Source: Podarcis gaigeae (taxonomy: Eukaryota). From it: 64,000 bases of DNA. The DNA lies in NCBI GenBank assembly GCA_964106915.2, contig OZ066919.1, one strand, 5' to 3'. A model generated the notes under the pieces. It was not told the origin of the DNA. It worked only from the letters and a program-made list of their open reading frames with translations, and made no database searches. Each line of letters opens with the position of its first letter. Position 1 is the first letter of the stretch. The position numbers and the translations under genes are program-made. Below are positions 59,675 to 64,000 of the stretch, piece after piece.

Positions 59675-62184
59675 GTATTTAAATTGCTACATTTTTATTA
59701 AAGTAACAAAAGTGTACATTTTTCAATATATCTGTACATTTTGCATATAAAAACACTATTGTACAATAATCATCCCCCCAAACACAAAATAGCTTACAAA
59801 CTTTGTATTATTTTCACCAATTATGAAAAGTAGGTCCCGCTCAACAGTCCAGCTCAAGTTTTGCAAACGTTTTTGAAAGGGAGGAAAGGGCACACACTCA
59901 CACCCATAAGCTGTTCCTAAATCACAGCTAGTCAGCACTGCAACAGTTTGTGTCAGGCTTGTAGTCAGAAGGCAACAAAGAGCATACATCAATTCACAGC
60001 TTTTACATGCACATTACAAAACAGATTTTGGCCAAATTTGGTTGGCTTAATGCTAACAACAACAAAAATCTTAATACTAGATTCCATGCCTGGTACAATA
60101 GCATGATATTTGGTAACCTTTTCTGTTCCCTCAATCAATCCTTCAAAGATGTTGGGGAGTGGGGGGAACAAAGGAGATGGAATAGAGCTTGTTTTTTCAG
60201 AAGCACCCTTCGTTGGTAAAGAAGGAATAAGTGGAAATACTAAGATACATTTAAACAGAGTTGCATTGATCATGCCAACCTGGCAAGCCAAACAAGTACT
60301 GGCATTAGGGAAATTCCATGTAGAGGCAGGGAGTGTAGCAAAACAAACTTTTTTCCTGGACATGTTACAGTTCCCACTCGTATCATGTTTTCAATGCACC
60401 AGATAAGGAACAAACCTCCCAGGTAGACTTTGAACAGAATCTTTCCTCGGAGGGGGGAAAGCTACAGTGCAGAAAGTGTTCCCCTTGTCATGCTACCAAA
60501 TATTGCACAAGTATGCTAACGGAGTGGCAGCACATCTTTTAAGCTTATAGGAGACCCTTAGTGCTTTACAACCTTTGCATTTATTGACTGGAGGGTCTGA
60601 TGCTCAAACACTAGAAGCTTCACATATTGAGCTTGAAGAAATTAAAATGATTTCACAGATGGGCTGATGCACCTGCTAGAAAATTTGGGGTGCAAGGAAG
60701 TTCCCACCATGCAAACCCAACTGAAATGAATAGGAACTCTGTAGTTGACACTCTTGTTAAACTTCTACCCATCTCAATAGAGGTTGCCCAGGAGAACTTC
60801 CTGGCAAGTTCCAGCTTTTTAAAAAGGTGGTCTTTAAAAAAACCCTATTCTGTACAATACCCCTTCAATGGTATGCCACTGCGGTGCTGAGATTTCCCTG
60901 TTCAAACATTCATACACTCGAGCACAAAACATCTTAAGAGTTGTGTGAGAAAATGTTTTGAAAAGTTAACAGATGCTTCGAGAACAGAAAACTGTCCCTC
61001 AGAAGCCTCTCCTCCTCCAGAGTGCCCAAATTTTAGAAAAATATATTGCACAGTGTCTTGAGAACTCAATTCACGAAAGGCAGAGGAGGAAAAGCTCTGG
61101 GGATGGCAAAGCAGTCATCCCTTCAAAGCAAGAGATAAACCAAGAACACCTTGTGCTCTGAAGATGTTGGTCTTTAAAAAAAGAAAAGTTAAGTGCCCTG
61201 GTTTTGAAATCACATCTCAGCAGTTATTGGCAGCATAGTCAGGAATTTTACAAGGTCAAGATAAAGGCATCAGAACAGATAAAACCCTGATCAAGGCCAT
61301 CTCCCAGTAGGTAGGTTAGTTCACATTGGCCTGGCCATTGCACTTTTTTGTTTTATGGGAGTTGACTGCTACAGAGTAACCAGCCAGTGATTCAGCCCAG
61401 ATCCTGGTTCTCCTCCCCAAGCAAATCTTATGATTTTAGAAACCATACATTTGTGTGCCAACTGGAATTTTGCATGAGCACGAGGTACAGGATGCAGTGC
61501 AGTGCAGAAAGAAAGAAATCAAGTTTTGTGCAAAAAGATGGGCTGGCACTTAAGAAACTCAACACCCAATAGACCAAAGAAAGTGGCTATCATTGAGACT
61601 GTGTTTTAGTAAAATGCTTTTAAGCCATGAGAAGGCAGAAGGAATTGCTCAGATTAGGATAGTGGGTGAAGCTGGTGGTGAAGCAGAACTTGTATACCAG
61701 TTTAATAAAAATGAACGGACTTTTAAGGAAAACTGTCACAGCTAGAATGAGGCCATGACACCCCGATCTCAACATGTAGGGTTCATGACTTAAGTACTAC
61801 CATCCTGGCCTTTAGATTCACAGTTGTTGTAGCACTTACCCCATAGTTAGTCACTGCTGAAAAGTGCTGTGCCCTGCCCCACCCCCCTTGTTTCCAACCC
61901 TGCATTTCCCAGGTAGGTAGGTCAACCCTCCAGAATTGTCATCCAACACCAATTAGGTAGATATTGGCTTTTTTTTTTTTTTAATAGACTCGCAAGCTTG
62001 CAACAGCTTTTAAAAAGGCACCTCAACACCACTCCACGGAAGAGTGGTGCCTACTATTTGATTTCATTTTGGATTTTCACTTTTTAAAAAAAATATAAAT
62101 AGCTCTTCATTTTTAAAAAAATACATCCTCAGGTGAGGTATACAGTAGCCCATGTCTTGGCAGTGTAAGGACAACAGGGAGTGC
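59675..62184 (-). other. BTG2: BTG2 3'UTR (about 2.5 kb, apparently TE-free; distal end approximate)
   Basis: Runs from the stop codon to an AATAAA (59694-59699 on -) preceded by several TGTA motifs. AU-rich with many miRNA seed matches. Confidence 0.75.
59694..59699 (-). terminator. BTG2 polyadenylation signal
   Basis: Minus strand reads TGTACACTTTTGTTACTTTAATAAAAATGTAGC, with upstream TGTA (CFIm-type) elements. Confidence 0.75.
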
Positions 62185-62522
62185 TTAGCTGGAGACTGTC
62201 ATCATGTAACTTTTGGAAGGGCTGGTGCGCCCCAGCATCATCTGATTTTTGCAGGTGAGCATCCCATAGGAGCTCACAGGTGCTGCAGGTGCTTCATATA
62301 GAACACAGATGGATCCATCCTCACCAATCCGGTAGGATACCTCGTAAGGGTCCACCCAGAGTGTGAGTTCACTGGGCAGGAGCTGATATAGCTGCTGGAG
62401 GTTGAGTCCAATCTGGCTAGCTGCCTTGTTGATGATAGGGTCCATTTTATGGTTGATACGGATGCAGCGATAGCCAGAACCTTTGAAGGGTTTCTCAGGA
62501 AACCAGTGATGTTTATAATGCT
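62185..62522 (-). CDS. BTG2: BTG anti-proliferation factor 2, exon 2 (exon 1 lies beyond the window end)
   Basis: Acceptor cttgcAG (62524-62523 on -), then phase-1 exon (E)[28 protein letters not shown]...[29 protein letters not shown]...[26 protein letters not shown]/Tob boxes A, B and C are present and the C-terminus is BTG2-type. The ORF-track N-terminus [13 protein letters not shown] is intronic. Confidence 0.96.
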
Positions 62523-64000
62523 CTGCAAGGGCACAAAAAGAAACACCAAGAATGGTAAGCAATCACAGTGAATAGTTGCTGAAATACAAGAGACATTTTA
62601 CACAAAGCAATGTACAGCTGCTAGCTTGGTGTTTTATTTGGGTTCCCATCCTATGCCTTCGGTTTGATAGAGACTTTGACATCAATCAATCATCCTGACT
62701 TCAACTTCCATATGCTCTCAATCTTTTCAAAAAATTATTAAGGCAAACCTTTTACACAGACCAAGTCCTAGCACCATAAAAGGTTTGTTCTAATATTGAA
62801 CCCTTTGAGTTCAATAGGGCTTTTTTTCCCATTGACAACTCAACCATCATTTCCCATGAGGAATATAAAAAAAAAGATACAGGAATAGTTGTGGACAAGT
62901 TCTGAGGCTTGGCAGTAAGGAAGTGTTTTTTGTGTGTGTGCTTTTTGTCAGGAGTACCAGAAACCTAGAAGTTTCCAGGAGGTTTAACTGATGCATTAGC
63001 CAGAGTACTTTACTAATCACTTAAAGCTCCTTGGCAGACAATGTAATTAGCATGCATCCCTGGCAATCCTCACCTCTGTACCCCAAACTGACAGTACAGC
63101 TCTATCCCATAATTAATTTGTTAGGAAAACCCTTCTAATTGCATTATATATCCAGTAACACAATAGAGGGGCAGTGATTAAGATAGCCTTCTCAATAGAG
63201 GCTACTCAGTTGCTAGCAGCTCCTGAATGTTAGTGCCATTAAACTCAGTGGAGATACACTTCTGAGTAAAGGTGTCTGGGATTGCACTTCGGGAGAGTAA
63301 ATTATCCAAAAAGCACAAACACCATGGCTATTAAGTTTGCGGCAGAAGAATTACGCCTTTACTTCAAGCAGCTGTAGAACAAATTTAACTATAAGCAAAG
63401 ATTCTCTAAAACTATTGACACTAGTTGCTTCAGACAAAGCCATGTAGTTCGCAGGAGCTCAGCAAAGGGGTTCAGATCTCCTCCACAGAACCCATTAACT
63501 AGCATGCCCTTCTGATCCTCCCAGTTCTTTGGGGCAGAGATTGCACAAAACGAACTTCCTAGTGGCTTCTGCCACTATCAAGCTTCCTCTTTGACAAGAA
63601 CAAAGAGCTCTCGTCTCCCACACCCTTGTAGCTCAAAAAAGTTTTTGTCTGATGTCATAACATTAACGTGGGGAGGGGAAGAGGAAGAGAGAAGGGAGAA
63701 AGCACAGCCAACAGATTGTGTTGATGCTTTCCAGTCTGAATTTTTTATTATTACAGCAATGATATACCCAGTTAGAGAATGCTTTGCTAGAAACAAAAAA
63801 AGTCTCCCACCGAAGCGGAGGTAATTCTCTCCAACCACTGCATCTTTACGCAGTTATAGGTGAGGATTTTTTATTTTTTTAAAGAGTTTTGCGTTTGGCT
63901 TTGGGAGGTGGGGTGGGGAGAAGAGAGACACAAGCTGAACTAAGTAACCCAAGACTTTTCCTAGGGATGCTGACATCTAGAAAACTGACGGGGGTGGGGA

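Noticed and set aside
62523-62562. N-terminal extension [13 protein letters not shown] of the BTG2 ORF, superficially signal-peptide-like
   Set aside because: It is the intronic polypyrimidine tract and acceptor; the true N-terminus is in exon 1 outside the window.

Overview
Vertebrate genomic DNA, almost certainly a squamate and probably a lacertid lizard, inferred from young Sauria/Squam1 SINEs and the squamate L1/L2/CR1/MITE repertoire. The window runs from intron 2 and the last coding exon of fibromodulin (FMOD, + strand, 7465-7616) across about 50 kb of TE-rich intergenic DNA to the 3'UTR, exon 2 and intron of BTG2 (- strand, CDS 62185-62522). This is the tail-to-tail FMOD-BTG2 arrangement known from mammals. 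Nearly all other ORFs in the six-frame track are spurious or TE-derived. Top candidate novelty: a complete 2.17-kb retroposon with a 16-bp TSD (10322-12490, -). It has an L1-like CpG-rich 5' end and one coiled-coil ORF1-like reading frame joined directly to a decayed L1 ORF2 C-terminus and 3'UTR, with no endonuclease or RT, making it a candidate HAL1-like (ORF1-only) non-autonomous L1 family. Also notable: a dense p53-type response-element cluster (38925-39078) downstream of the p53 target BTG2; a Tc2-type MITE whose interior is an amplified array of GC-rich hairpins; a hAT MITE carrying a 22-bp telomere-like minisatellite; and a BTG2 3'UTR with many conserved-miRNA seed matches. All calls were made by eye; family names come from recognised motifs, not database searches.
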